A stretch of DNA of 54,538 bases, counting the filler, from Squatina squatina (taxonomy: Eukaryota), in NCBI GenBank assembly GCA_031763465.1. It is 3 parts of 3 records of this genome, joined end to end, with 100 filler letters (N's around TTAATTAATTAA, not from the genome) between each part and the next. Parts side by side here need not be neighbours in the genome. Positions count along the whole stretch, not along the records: positions 20,389 to 40,784 come from JARFOE010000005.1; 2 more parts are not named here. One strand, written 5' to 3'. Positions 23,243 to 37,160 of the stretch are shown piece by piece (positions within the stretch are counted from its first letter, which is position 1; each line of letters starts with the position of its first letter). The position numbers and the translations under genes are program-made. The notes beneath the pieces were generated by a model, which was not told where the DNA came from, made no database searches, and saw only the letters and a list, made by a program, of their open reading frames with translations.

Positions 23243-23954
23243 CTGCGGATAGAGGAGAGTTTACTGAAGACACTGAACATATGTCACTTGAGAACAGAGC
23301 CAAAAAAATCAATCAATTTAAAAAAAGAAAACAGCTTGTTTTGACAACTGTCTTAAAGATACATCCTAGTATTTTATTAACTTCACAGTAACTGGTGTTT
23401 TCAGCAAATTATCAATCCACTCAAAGGTCAAAACCCAAATCCTTTCTCATCATCCCTGATGGACGCCCTTCATCATNNNNNNNNNNTCATGTTCCAATAT
23501 GGACTGAGTGGCATTTTTAAACATTGAAGCCCATTGCCTGTTTAATTAGTTGCCTCCTTTAAACTTGATGCCTGTCCACACAACTTAACTCCAACTAAAA
23601 TGGAGCAGACTCGTTGCATCAAATTAAGTTGGGGTCATCAACAAATTTTATATTACAAGTTCCCACCTACAAGCCACTGCTGATCAGGACAGGCTCCTGT
23701 GTAACGCCACCAGTCACTCCCACATCCACCCACACCACAAGGAGTTTACGAATTATCATCTCCGGCTTTCTATTGGCACTTTTCAATCCAGGTGNNNNNN
23801 NNNNNNNNNNNNNNNNNNNNNNNNNNNNNNNNNNNNNNNNNNNNNNNNNNNNNNNNNNNNNNNNNNNNNNNNNNNNNNNNNNNNNNNNNNNNNNAGACAC
23901 AATGAGCCGAATGGCCTCCTTCTGTGCTGTAGATTTCTATAACCCTGCCTCCCT

Positions 23955-24520
23955 TTGACTTTAGGGGGTGGAGATGAGGGGTACACCAGGGGGAATGGCT
24001 AGGGTGAGCAAGTGCAATGATTTTAGTGGGGACATGGGCATCAAAGTTGGTGAAGAGGGTGTAAATTGCTAAGTCAGTAGCTGCAGAGATGTCATGAGGA
24101 ATTGTTGGCCAGGGGCTCGGCAGTTGGGATTTAGAAAGTGCAATGCCAAGGGACTTGAGGGACAGTTTTTTCCAGGGGCGGATACGAAAAGAAGTGGGTT
24201 TAGGAGGGGGGAGGGATACATGGGTAGAGAGCAGTCTAAGGAAATAGTCAGAGACTGCCTTATTAGTGATGGTAACGGAGGGNNNNNNNNNNCGAAAAGA
24301 AATGGGTTTAGGAGGGGGATGGGGAATATGGGTAGAGAGTGATAAGGAAAAGGTGGAGATTGCCTTATGGTTATGGAGGGGATAGCAAGGCCACGTGAGA
24401 TGATAAGATCGAGGGGATGGCTGTGTATATGGGTGAGGAAGTTGACATGAAGGGAGAGATTAAGGGTGGAAAGGAGGGTCTCAGTATAATTTGGAACCCA
24501 AGCTCGAGTCTGGCCACCGA
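23955..24520 (-). mobile_element. L2-clade LINE endonuclease-region fragment with a local duplication
   Basis: LLSTLNLSLHVNFLTHIHSHPLDLIISRGL resembles the APE PTH...LDL motif; a ~100-bp segment is repeated on both sides of the 10-N gap. Confidence 0.65.
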
Positions 24521-24805
24521 TTCCAGTAGCGAAGGCTGCAGCAATTTGATAAAAATCTCTTGGCTGCAGGGCCTGATGGCCATGTGCAGGCAGACACCCC
24601 GATAGCGCAGTGCAGTGTCGCATCAGTCCAGGCGTCTAACCGCACTGCTCAAGGTCCCTGTCTTCACATTCAGGTCAGTGCATTTCTCAGCCTTTTGCAC
24701 TCATTGTTTCCAGGTCCTGTATTATCTGCCTCTTCTAACATGTCATTGTATCAGTGCAGGGGCTCATCTCGTTAAAGTAATAACCAACAGCCCATGTAAC
24801 CTTAC

Positions 24806-24892
24806 CTGACAGGAGACCTGAACCAGAAACACAAGGTCTTTGGTGTTGGCGCCATTCCTGCTCACATCACTCTGCTCCTCCGTCAGCGCCAG
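24806..24892 (-). CDS. ARHGAP32: ARHGAP32 exon preceding the GRSW exon
   Basis: ccttgtgtag| ... CAG|gtaagg; 87 bp, phase 0-0; encodes LALTEEQSDVSRNGANTKDLVFLVQVSCQ, similar to human LSLSEEQNEVMKNGCESKELVYLVQIACQ. Not in the ORF track. Confidence 0.88.
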
Positions 24893-25072
24893 CTACACAA
24901 GGCCGAGGAATCGGGGAGGGAAGAGGGGTGGAAGGGACAGAAAGATATAAAAAAAACACATTAGGTCAAGGACAAGCAATCTGGTAAATAATTCATGAGG
25001 GCCTGACTGTGACTGCTGACCCCGGAGTACATTACACNNNNNNNNNNNNNNNNNNNNNNNNNNNNNNNNNNN

Positions 25073-25245
25073 ACTGACACTCACTCACACACACACACTC
25101 AGACACACTCTCACACACACACTCAGACACACTCTCACACACACACTCTCACTCACACACACACACACTGACACTCTCTCACACACACACTCATACATTC
25201 ACTCACACACACACACTCACTCACATACACTCACTCACACACACA
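25073..25245. repeat. Compound (CA)n/(CT)n microsatellite
   Basis: Runs such as cacacacactcactcacacaca. Confidence 0.95.
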
Positions 25246-27884
25246 ACCTCTCTTGGATATAATAAAACCACACAGCACACAATTAGTATAAAGAGAAGGA
25301 TCAGCCATTCATTTGCTAAAATCCGTTGGTGCCTTTTCCAAATCTGCTCCAGAGCAAATCAAAAGCTGGAACTTGTGTGCAATTTGACAAAAATAAAATC
25401 TTTTTCATGTTTTCCGACTCCATCCCACTGTTGTGGAGATGGGCATGACCCTTGCATCATCTGTGCAGGACGCCCATGAAAGATATGAGACTCTTGCAAA
25501 CACAAGGCTTATTGAGGAGGAAACGCGCATGGATCGCTTAAAGTGTTTGTCCTTCTGATGCTGCACATTTATTAGGTAACAAAAGGTTCCCGAAACAAGA
25601 CACTGAATGATCAAAGCTCAATGTGCACTCATTTCAAGGGGGAGAATCCCACTGCAGCCTCGCACTTACCCTTCCTAACAATGCCTCTCTCACAATATGC
25701 AGACCAGGAGAGGTCTAGCAGCTCTTTGGGTCAAGTCCAGGCACAAGCTAAATGCTCGAGCCGTACAGCAAGGAAAATCTCCGTCCTCCGTGTACTGGTG
25801 TGAAAAGCCAAAGATCAATCTGTTCAAATCCGTTGCCTGCATTGAACAGCCCTCGCGGTGATCATCCAGATTGTTTCGAACCCGAGTCGCTGAGCTCCCC
25901 GTTAACCTATTTCTGCACTGCCCGTTTCATGCTCAGTTTGCTTAGCTCAGGCAGCTGCTCTATAGTAGGAAGAGTCCCACAGGATTAGGACCGACAGCAT
26001 GGAGCTCGGCAGCAGCCAAGAGCAACATAGGAATACGTGCAGCAATGATGTGCTTGCCAGACATTTCACTGCTCAAAGCACTCAGTGGGGACATGAACAG
26101 TTCATGTAAGAGTCTTTATCCCAAACATGACATTCACTCATTAAATTAAAACGAGGCTTGGCTTCTGAGCAGCCATGCAGCGCTGTTCAGACGAACTGTG
26201 TGCGCTGGAAGCCTATTAGGGTTGGGCTATTTGACAGGCTCCGAAGTCTCACATTATATTCGAACCAGAGGGCTCGGGGTTTGCTTAGTCCTGAACTTTC
26301 TATTCTAAATCATCCATTTTCATTTCTCTTACTGAAGGAGGAATTATTTCAATAGTGCCAGTTTTTCAATTTAGCCAAACGCTGTGCTTACATAAGCTGT
26401 GCTTCAGCTTCTGGTCGTGATTCCATGCCGGCTGTGAGTTTCTCCTCCCCCACTCCCCGCAGAAATTGCACATGGCATTGAGCTCATCTTAACCTCCCCC
26501 CCGGCAATACTCCATTTAAAGTAAAATGCAACGCAGACTCTACGTCAGAATATGTACAAGGATTTCAAAGTCAGGAGCTGACTCCGAGCGAAGAGTCCAG
26601 TCTCAAAGGATACACAAAACTGAAGCTCTGAAATATCAGACTGGTTGAGCCAATGTGGATGGATGACAAAATGCAATCTTAAAGTAAACTGAACACAATG
26701 TGCCCTGTAGCTTTCATCCGCTTTGAGGAGAGCCACAAGACATGAGACTGCAAGCAAACCATATTAACCCTTACGGATTAACAGCTGGNNNNNNNNNNNN
26801 NNNNNNNNNNNNNNNNNNNNNNNNNNNNNNNNNNNNNNNNNNNNNNNNNNNNNNNNNNNNNNNNNNNNNNNNNNNNNNNNNNNNNNNNNNNNNNNNNNNN
26901 NNNNNNNNNNNNNNNNNNNNNNNNNNNNNNNNNNNNNNNNNNNNNNNNNNNNNNNNNNNNNNNNNNNNNNNNNNNNNNNNNNNNNNNGGGGTGGGGGGGG
27001 TGGGGGCAGATATCGGGTCTGCAACTTCACTGATAAAATTATAACGCTATTTCTTACTTCCAGCTGAGGGAGCAGAGCCATTTCTCATTATGTACCACAG
27101 AGCACTGCACTATAGCCCAGGGAGATGAAGCAGAACAGTTATTAGGGAAGTCAGCTCCAGTAGAATTAGCCAAACATTTCATTTCATTTGCTCATCCAGT
27201 TAATAAAACTACAGAGGCTGCATTTTAACTATAACATATTCACCAAATAGCTGCTTTATTAATGCTTCTTTGATGATAACGGAACCTCTAACCCATCCCC
27301 CATCTCAGATCAAGAGGACGCACGCACAAACCAGTGAAGCCTTTTACATTTTACACGTTCGGGTCAGCCGCACATTTATTCGCTTTTGTTTCAGCAATCT
27401 GTCACTGATTTTAATCCGATCACCGCACTCGGTGTTTTACCAATACTGACAGGCAACACAGATGCAAATCCACCAAACTTAGAGGATTTTTTTTGCAAGT
27501 GGCAAGAGTGATTCGGGGCTGGACTGCTGATGTTCCTGAGCCTGAAAGGCGCAATTTGGATTTTAACTTTTTCAGATGGAATATGCTTTACGATTCCCGT
27601 TAATTTAGCTCTCGGTCAGGTTTCCGATCCACTTACATTTGAATTTTAGTATGTGGTTTGTGTTCTTTGTGTCAGCTCTCCTGTGCAGTGTAGCATTCCC
27701 CAGGGACATGGGGGTTTGACATTCACTACATCTGCTGCTCATCTCTGGCATCACAAACAATAACCACCTGCTCCCCACATGGCATCCACTCCGCTCCTGC
27801 CCAAGAGACCATCACACTGTCCTTCAGAAGTGCGTATGAAAGTTTTCAGTCCCGGGGACAGAAGGTGATTTTCACTACTGCACA

Positions 27885-28215
27885 GGAACTTAGGAACAGG
27901 AGTCGGCCAGTCAGCCCCTCTAGCTTGTTCCGCCATTTAATTAGATCATGGCTGATCTGTATCTTAACTCCATCTACCCGCCTTGGCTCCGTGACCCTTG
28001 ATAACCTTACCTAACAAAAATCTATCAATCTCAATTATGACATTTTCCATTAACCCCCCAGCTTCAACAGCTTTTTGGGGGAGAGTGTTCCAGATTTCCA
28101 CTAGCCATCGTGTGAAGAAGTGCTTCCTGACATCACCCATGAATAGCCTAGCTCTCATGTTAAGGTTCTGCTCCCTTATTCTGGACTCTCCCACTGAAGG
28201 AAATAGTTTCTCTCG
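27885..28215 (-). mobile_element. CR1 3' end
   Basis: REKLFPSVGESR...RKHFFTRWLVEIWNTLPQKAVEA plus 3' UTR. Confidence 0.85.
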
Positions 28216-29051
28216 ACCCAGCCGATCAGACCCTGCAAGTGGACCTCTATATTGAACCAATCGGAGTGGCCACACAGCTCCTCGGGGTAGCTCTCCCTCG
28301 AGTGGGAAGATCTTTCCCTATTGGAGCAATGCTGCGCTCAGTAACTCGCTACCTTTTACCCCTCAGTGGTGCGTTTGCTGCTGGGAAATCCTGTTCTTGT
28401 TCAGCAGTCTCTGGGGTGCCAGTGTTTAGCCGCATGATGCAAAGTCAGTCAATACTGACAGTATTGGCATGGGGTGCGTTTGAGCTGTCGTCATAGCTTG
28501 GAAGCTAGAAGGGTTCAGTGATGTGAATGCTTCTCCTCTGTTTCGAATGCAGTCTGCCCTGTTTACAGCTGCCTTATCAATGGAGAGGACCAATTGCACC
28601 ATTTGTGTACTGATGCACTCTTTATCGTAAGGTGACACTCACATTTGTTTTCCGCTCTTTCCCTTTGTTGGGCCTTTGGTTTAATGGAACGAAGCAGAAT
28701 CTCGCGCCCAGGTGCTGCCAATATTGCACCCTTGTCGAGAGCTGTTTTTGGATTACTCCAGTGTCGCTGGCTCCTAATCTACTTCAATTAGCAGCAGCAT
28801 CAAAGAAAACTTGGCAGATTCACCAAGGCTAGCCGACGGCTAACCTCCGTTTGGTGTAGACACCAGCTGTGGGGATCATTGTGTCAGGAGCCCTTGCTAG
28901 CTGCTGGCCCTCTAATGGAATGACTGTGCTCTGCTTTATTCGGCATACTCTGTGGAATTCTGGCAACGTAGACTCTGGCAGGCTGTACGACTGAACTTGC
29001 ACTGGCGGATTAATCCAGCTGCCATGCTACTTAAAGGTGTTTAGGGTGTTG

Positions 29052-29191
29052 TCCTTTGGCTCAGTGAGCAGCACTCTCGCTTACCAGTCAGAAGATTGTG
29101 GGTTCAAGTCCCACTCCAGAGTCCTGAGCACAAAATCTAGGCTGGCACTCCAGAGCAGTATTGAGGGAGTGCTGCACTGTCGGAGGTGCTG
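29052..29191 (+). mobile_element. SacSINE1-like SINE 5' part
   Basis: tRNA-like head tggctcagtgagcagcactctcgc...gggttcaagtcccactccag, then a single copy of the gcagtattgagggagtgctgcactgtcggagg unit. Confidence 0.8.
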
Positions 29192-29291
29192 NNNNNNNNN
29201 NNNNNNNNNNNNNNNNNNNNNNNNNNNNNNNNNNNNNNNNNNNNNNNNNNNNNNNNNNNNNNNNNNNNNNNNNNNNNNNNNNNNNNNNNNN

Positions 29292-29378
29292 GAAGGGTCA
29301 TCGACCCGAAACGTTGACTCTGTTTTCCTCTCCACAAATGCTGCCTGACCTGCTGAGTTTTTCCAGCATTTTTTGTTT
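29292..29378 (+). mobile_element. Single arm of the same palindromic repeat
   Basis: gaagggtcatcgacccgaaacgttgactctgttttcctctccacaaatgctgcctgacctgctgagtttttccagcattttttg. Confidence 0.7.
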
Positions 29379-31120
29379 ATATATAATATAGTAACGATCA
29401 CTGTGCCAGGGAGCATTTTTAAAAGGAACTGCGTCCCTTGATTGTGGTAAATCCTAATCTAATTTGGAATTTGAACGAATGAGGAAGAATGTGTTTTTAA
29501 ATATTAATTTAATTTTCAATTTTAATTTGCTGTGAATGCAAATCCCAGTGGCACATTCACTGCCAAATGGAGTTAATTTGGCAATCATCCAGGGTGTCGT
29601 CAATGCCCATTCATCGGGTAAGATCAAAGCACTGAATTGTTGTCAATGATGTAAACCAATCCAATCTCATTAAACAAATGTTGCTGTAATTAATAGATAA
29701 CAGGATAGATAATCAGGTTTAAATGCCAGTGGAAATCAGACAGGGACTGGAAAATTGTAATTAAATATATCAGCAAAGAGTAGCTGATATTTAAACATCA
29801 GGGAGAAATAGATTCAGGATGGCATAAATGATCTTCATGCATTTCATTTTAACAGTCTTTTGGAAACTTGAATCAACCAGTTATACAGTCACATCTTTAA
29901 AATGTCCTTGTGATCACCCTCAAAATACTCCCTGTTCTTTTGCAGCTTCAAAACAACTTTTGTATGAAGCAAAAATAACCACTTGTACTGAAGAGAATTC
30001 CTATCACATGATGTGGTTACTTAGAACAGAGGGCAGGACCATCACACACCCAGTTCACTTGCACTCTGAATGAGAGTCATCTTTTATCTGTTCTGCAGTT
30101 GTAAAGGGTTATCCAAGCAGTTCTTAACTAAAGCAAGTAGAGGACCTGGATGATAATTGACTTTAACGATTCAGTTTTACCAGGAGCCTCGTCTGTCCCC
30201 AGCGGTGTTATATCCCGTTTCCCATCCAATGTATTTACCCTGGACATCAAACTGTTAAAAATGTCCAAAATGGACAGACTTTCAGCAGGCTCGTGATACC
30301 CTGTTGCTCTGTCGCTGAATGTCACTAGTATGTTTTGCAAACAGTATATAAACAAAACATGCAGCATAACTCGGTGTGGATCACTGCTGCAGGAATTTGT
30401 TACCCGTTTGGACTCTTAACTTAACACGAGGCGCTGGATCCCAGCTCAATCCTAGGTCAAATGGTGCTCCGTACTGAGTACTTCTGAATTGAGTTATCCC
30501 AGTCACACACTTTAAAACCCACACACCTGAACAAGGCAACCTGTGGCTAAGNNNNNNNNNNNNNNNNNNNNNNNNNNNNNNNNNNNNNNNNNNNNNNNNN
30601 NNNNNNNNNNNNNNNNNNNNNNNNNNNNNNNNNNNNNNNNNNNNNNNNNNNAGCGTACCGGCAAAGAGGGGGACAATGAAGTTGGCCGATGTGAACGGGT
30701 GGCGGCCACCGGCGCACGACCCGTGCCTTTAATGCAGCTTGGTGAAACCTGTCATTGCCAACACCAGTGGCGTCGTGGGTGAGCCAGCCTCCAATTCCGG
30801 AGGCAGTTCACCAGCGGCGAACAAGAGGATCACAGCGTAAAGGGGTCAGCACGTGATCTGATGACGTCGCGCGTCCGACCCCCGCGCCAACAGCGTCCCC
30901 GGCGACGAAGCCTAAGCACCCAACTGCAGAAATCAGCTGATCAGCGTTACCCAGGCGCGATGGCACACCAATTGGGCCCCCCTAATATACAGGTCTTGCG
31001 AACGCTGGGAATCCCAAACCGAACTAACTAAATTCAGCTTCAGCCAGTAACGGTTGCCTTATTAAATTAATGAAATACAAAATAAAGACCTGGTTATTAC
31101 TCACTAAAACTTGTCTTATG

Positions 31121-31345
31121 AATGACAAGCAGCATGACCAATTAGAGACTGTGGAGGGGTCCAGCGAGGTGGTGGTGAGGTAGAGTTGGCTGTCGTCAGC
31201 GTACATGTGGAACCTGATGATGTGTTTTTGGTGATGTCGCCAAGGGCCAGCAGCTAGATAAGATGAGAAATAGGAGGGGCCAAGGATAGATCCTTTGGGG
31301 ATTCCACAGTTAACGGTGCAGAAGCGGGAAGAGAAGCCATTCTAC
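31121..31345 (-). mobile_element. L2-clade LINE RT fragment
   Basis: MYADDSQLYLTTTSLDPSTVS, preceded by a GIPKGSILGPLLF-like region. Confidence 0.85.
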
Positions 31346-33249
31346 CACAGAGACCATCGCAGCTGTACCTAATCCTGTGCTGGCCCAAAATCCACACTCA
31401 TCTTCAGCAGGGCCACTGGATAGTGTTGTGCAAGTGGAAAGCTAAATGAATTTCTCTCCCACAGCCAGGGGCACTAAGAACAAGTGTAGCATCCCTACTG
31501 CCATCCCACCGCGATTAGCTAAGTCAGCACGGGCTAGCAAGATTCTGCACACAAACACAGCATCTAGAACAATTTCTACTTCAGTCCTGCACATCGAATT
31601 CAGCAGTGCCTTTACTGGGCACTAGCTAATGTCCTTACACACTTTAAGACCTCAGTGTGGTCCTACTGGGAGTGACCAGTCAATCCCAATTGGAAGGTTC
31701 AATCCTTCTTCACGGTTACACAAACCATTTAGGGTTAGGGTTAAGGTCAGGCATTTCCAACAGTGGAAGCAGTTGAATGTCATGCTGGCCGTAGAGTATT
31801 GTACAACTTTTTAAGACTGGATTAGGTCTCAATGTTCTGTTACTTCTGCAATCTGGTCTGGATCCTGTCCAGACTGATGGGATGGTTGTGGTCTCCCTCT
31901 CTTTCTGCTGCGGAGTCTAATGGTTGTCCAGGCCAGTCCCCCAGTGACGATAAGCAGGAAATGTCTCCTAATATGACACGAACATTCAGAGGGCCCATGA
32001 GGACCGGTGTGAGAGGTGGAAAAATCCTCACTGGCGTGAGTAGGGGTGCCTTTCTGAGACAGTGGCTTCAGCTTCCGCTCAATTCTGTTCTGGGAGCGGT
32101 TAATGCTGATATCGGGTTCAAAAACTGGGATCTTTTTATTCAAAGCGCTGTTAACCCTCATCTGAATAAACGAAGAGTTCACCCAAAATTTTAAAAAGGG
32201 AAAAACTGGCCTCTCATCCAGCAGCACAGGCCAGCTGCAGACTTGGGGCAGGCCAGGGGTATGAGCAGAGTTGATGCTCTGCCTTTTTCCATTGTAAAGA
32301 CATTAAAATCCCTTAATAATCTCAATAAGCAATTGTTCCACATCAAAAAATAACAGACTTTCATTTAAAAAACTCAGACTTTTACCATCTGGTTTACCTT
32401 AGAGATTTCTGGACAGCTCTTTCACTCAGAAACCAAACTGAGCAGTGGAAGACTCGACGAGATGTCACACGACCCAAACTGGCGGCGCACCTCTTTGCTG
32501 ATCACTGCCGTAATGTTCTCCAGCACTTCACTATCGCAGCAAGAATGTGCCGGAGCACACAACAGCTGTTGCTAAACATTTCAAGAATTCTCTTAAGCTA
32601 TGCGATGGCCAGGCATTACATTCTGCTGTGAATCACACTGGGTAATTTCACACTCGACACACACTCAGGGGACACAAAAAACAAGGCTGGGCACACAGCG
32701 GTTAAATTGTTCCTCTCCAGACAAACTCGCATTCTTGCATTTTTATGAGGGCTGTGCAAGTCCAGCATTTCAAACTGAATGTATTCAGATTAAATGAACC
32801 AGTTTAATTGGTGTGAAAGGCATTACATCTATAATTAGTTAGTGCAGAAAAACATCCCACGTTCTTCATTTCACCAGGAGATGGTACAGGGAAACCAGAT
32901 TTAATATTGCCATTTTCATCAGCTCCCGAGATGCTTTACTGACACCAGTTCTAGGTGTTTGCAAAGCTGCACATATTCTACATTCGACAGCCTCCCTCAA
33001 CACTTCCATGCAACACTATAACCTCCAGACCTCCTTCAGAAACACTCCAAGATGTATGAGAAGTACAAATTCCAACATCTCACATCCTGTAAGAGTGAGT
33101 AAAGATTTCTCCACTCCTGCAGCAGCGCACTTCACTCCATAATTGCCTGGTTTATGCTCACTTTGTTCATCAGTGAAGATCCAGGAATGCAGGACAAAAA
33201 CATTGAGATCCACCTCACCTGTTCAAAAATGCAGAAAATACTATTTAAC

Positions 33250-33349
33250 ACTCTCCTACCCCTCAATCTCATCCTGCACCGTCTCATGCCCCACAATTCT
33301 CACCTACACTCTCTCATACCCCACAATCCTCACCTTCACTCTCATACCC
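33250..33349. repeat. Degenerate C/A/T-rich minisatellite
   Basis: About three copies of cactctctcataccccacaatcctcacct, running into a gap. Confidence 0.65.
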
Positions 33350-35464
33350 NNNNNNNNNNNNNNNNNNNNNNNNNNNNNNNNNNNNNNNNNNNNNNNNNNN
33401 NNNNNNNNNNNNNNNNNNNNNNNNNNNNNNNNNNNNNNNNNNNNNNNNNCATGAGCGGGAACCTTGGCTGACTCTCCTTCCCCAGTCCATGGGCACTGGA
33501 ACAAGCTGTAATGCTTTACTGCCCCAGCTAAAATCATCTAATTCAGCACAGAGGAGAATCAAATCTGGGACCTTCTGGTCTGTACACTTTTAGACAGCAC
33601 CTTTGGGAAGCTGCCAGCAGGAATTTTATTGATCCATTTAACAAATGATTTTTACCAGTTGAAAAGAATGATTTAAAGTCCACAATTGGGCCATAGTTTC
33701 CAGCACATATTTTAACAGATCGAGGTCAGTACCACAGGGGCAATCAACTTTATGATGTCCAAACTGTCACACCTGCACAGGACATTCAACACTTGACTGG
33801 TATTCTTACGGAGCCATCTATTGAGAGCAGCAAATTAAAATTCCTTTCTTCCTTTTATCTCCGTACAGCAGGTTTACAACAGAAAGATGACCCTGCCAAC
33901 AAACAACGGCAGTCAGGTGACCCAGGCAGGCACGGGTGATTAACTCTCACACAGTCTGACATTTTTAATGGCGTACTGAATATTTCATGATGGTAACTCA
34001 GCAAGCCCTACTGATTTTGGACAAGGGTGCCATTTACACAGGATTGAATAGCACAGCGCCGAAAACCTCCAACTGCTGTTGAGTCCAAATCCAACCATGA
34101 GAGGCGTTTTTCCAATGAGAGATGTAAGGCTAACATGCCTATAATTACCTGCTTTCTGTCTCCCTCAGTGCACGAGAGTAACAAAAGGGGAAGAGCTGTG
34201 CATGGAGGCCACTCTTCCAAACAACCCCAGCACTAATTCAACACAAACTGAAGTTGGGATAATCCTAATCTATATTGTTGAGAACCATCAAGGGTGTTCA
34301 GGCATATATGCTTGCACATATGGAAAGGTTCACCGCAGCATGGATCCACTTCTCCATTATTGCATATTTTGTAAAAGCTTAACAATGGTTTTCCGAGCAC
34401 CATTCACCAAAGAGGCAGGCGACCAACCGGCCACCGAGCCTCTGTCAATGGCACTCTTTACATACAAAAAAAACTGGAAAGAGAGTAGAGCAGTCAGCCC
34501 ATAAACCCCTCTTTCACAGTCCAGGTGTGACTACTCTAACCATAGACTTCCCAGAACCCGTCCGAGCTTTCTCCCTCCCTAACCCCCATGTGAATCAAGC
34601 AAATTCAGATCCCTTTTATGTTTGAGGATTTTTTTTTTGCTACTTTTACCACATAAAGGATTTGGAAATAAGTGAGAGATGTCTTCAGCATCGGTGAAGC
34701 ATAGGTTTTGATTGTTATGGTTCCATGAAGGACCTTGTGTGTGATGGACACTTCACATATGGGATGAACACTTCACAAGATTTTTTAAAATATACATGCA
34801 TCTCTCATTACATTGCTCATTACTAAAAATATTAAAGAATTGAGAATATTAATAAAAAGGAGTGAGTTTTCCATGGCACTGGCAGCTGTGCACAGCCTCA
34901 CAGGAAATGGATAGGCCTCAGGAAATTAGGCTCATGGCGCTGTGCCCAAATCTCATTCAAATTCATGACTGCAGTGCAAAAATGAAGCCATGCTAGTAGC
35001 CTCGTTACCATCAAAAAACTATTTAAATGTAGGTCATTCACTGCAATTCCTAACATGCAAATGAAGGACTGCCACCGCATATTTATTGTCTAGATGAATT
35101 GGGCACATTGGAAATCTTTGGTTGTGGCCTGATCAAGTAGATCAGTGTTAAAGGTCCCGTTAGTTGTTAAAAGATTTGGATTTTGTGTGTTTCTGGGAAA
35201 AGTTTAATGCACTTTGCTCCGTGCATTAGTTATTTTTGCTGGGATCTCTGCCATTTTTGCACGTTTATTTTTCTGCCAATGCTTTACATCAGTATTCCTA
35301 TTTGCTGCTGCCATTTACATTGCACCATACAAAATGGACAGTGCTTACCAAGNNNNNNNNNNNNNNNNNNNNNNNNNNNNNNNNNNNNNNNNNNNNNNNN
35401 NNNNNNNNNNNNNNNNNNNNNNNNNNNNNNNNNNNNNNNNNNNNNNNNNNNNCTGCTGTAATTT

Positions 35465-35572
35465 CTTCTTATGTGGCTTGTGTCAAATTTTTATCTTCTA
35501 ACACTCCTGTGAAGTGCCTTGGGACGTTTTACGATGTTAAAGGCGCTATATAAATACAAATTGCTGTTGTTA
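35465..35572 (+). mobile_element. L2 LINE 3' tail (shared with the SINE tail); another copy at 1205-1268
   Basis: ctcctgtgaagtgccttgggacgttttac...aaaggcgctatataaatacaaattgctgttgtt. Confidence 0.7.
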
Positions 35573-36990
35573 TAAAGCTTTCTCAACTCTGCCCCTCAAA
35601 TATGCCTCGTCAAAAGAGCACAGACTACTGAAGTAGTATGAAATTACCAGTCAGTAGCAACCTCTCCAGCTTGAGTGACACTGCCAGGTCACTGCAGCAG
35701 AATTACTGGGTAATTTTGCACTATGCAGGTGTACCCACGAAGAGTTAACACCATCAAAATCAGTTTCCCCTGGGACACTTTGCAGCCAGAAGAGATCTTT
35801 ATATTCCCCCATCTGAGCTGGATTTGCAGCATGGTCTCGATGATGAAAGAATACAAAAACAAGATAGATTTCATGAGAGGAACTGTAGCAGTGTTACGGT
35901 GGAGTGTGCCCCTCTCCTGGAGTGAGTTAGTGTACAGAGCCGAGCTGTGTGAACGTTGTGGGAGGGAAACAGTGGGAAGCAGGGCAGGTGAGAACGGGTG
36001 AAATCGAGAACAATGGGTAGCTGGGAGTACATCTGAAGTGCACATTAAATTGTTTGACAGCATACAAGTCGAAGCACGACTAAGAATTCCATCAGTGCAT
36101 CACAGGGACATCTGCATCACGGAATGCACGCTGCACAAGCAGCAACTAATATCGCAAGCAATCTCTCTGGAGGAAAAAAAATGGTTTCAGGGATTCTTGT
36201 ACAATGCATGTGGAAATATTTGACAGTAATGACAGCCCATGTATGCAATTAAAAGGGAACCGAATCCTGACAGCACAGTAACGGCTCCATCGGCACTGTA
36301 ATGTTAGCAAAGACCTCGGCACAGATTTGCACCAAGGAAGTGTTGAAGCAGAATCCTCCCTCAGAGAGCCAGCTTTTCATTACGAACTAACTGCAGACAG
36401 AAGCTACACAGAGGAGATTCTACATCCCACAACAAACGACTGGACTGAGTGCTCGGAAGTGCAGCGGAAGTGATTCAAAGAAAAGCTGTGTGTTTATTCC
36501 CCCTGGGAGCCATCATATTATGACCATGTTAAATAAACTTGGGTTATTGGCTAGATTTTAGTATGTTAGTGCATTCTAATGCAGCATTAATGTGTTAAAG
36601 AAATTGCAATGCGATTTCAATGATTTCCTCTGCCACCCAGAGGACAAGCTACCGACTATGCCCCAGCCTGCTGCGGCACAGCACTCTTCCACATTACCCC
36701 TTCTCCACAGTGAGGCAATCTTCTTCCCCCATCCCCTCTTGTCCAGTCTTACAAACATAAAACCTAGGACTTTGAAGCTCAGTGATTTAGAACCAACCTT
36801 TTCAATGGCATCACAGACTGCTGCTGAGAAGCTTGCGTCAGAATACAGCTCGACTGTGCATGTCGCACCCAGTGTACAGTGGATACATTANNNNNNNNNN
36901 NNNNNNNNNNNNNNNNNNNNNNNNNNNNNNNNNNNNNNNNNNNNNNNNNNNNNNNNNNNNNNNNNNNNNNNNNNNNNNNNNNNNNNNNNN

Positions 36991-37160
36991 TCTATTCTCA
37001 ACCCCTCAAAATTAGTGCTTCTCCAATCTATTAACCTCATTTTCATCATACTTGTGTTCTTTTCAATTATCTTAAAGTGTATTATATTATGGTCACTATT
37101 GCCGAGATGTTCCCCTACTTTTACTTCTCTCATCTGCTCTGGTTCACTGCAAGCTAGTTT
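36991..37160 (-). mobile_element. CR1 LINE endonuclease fragment
   Basis: VKVGEHLGNSDHNIIHFKI (APE SDH motif). Confidence 0.8.

Noticed and set aside
31829-32227. Overlapping 132-aa (-) and 120-aa (+) ORFs
   Set aside because: No recognisable domain and weak splice signals; cannot be told apart from chance.
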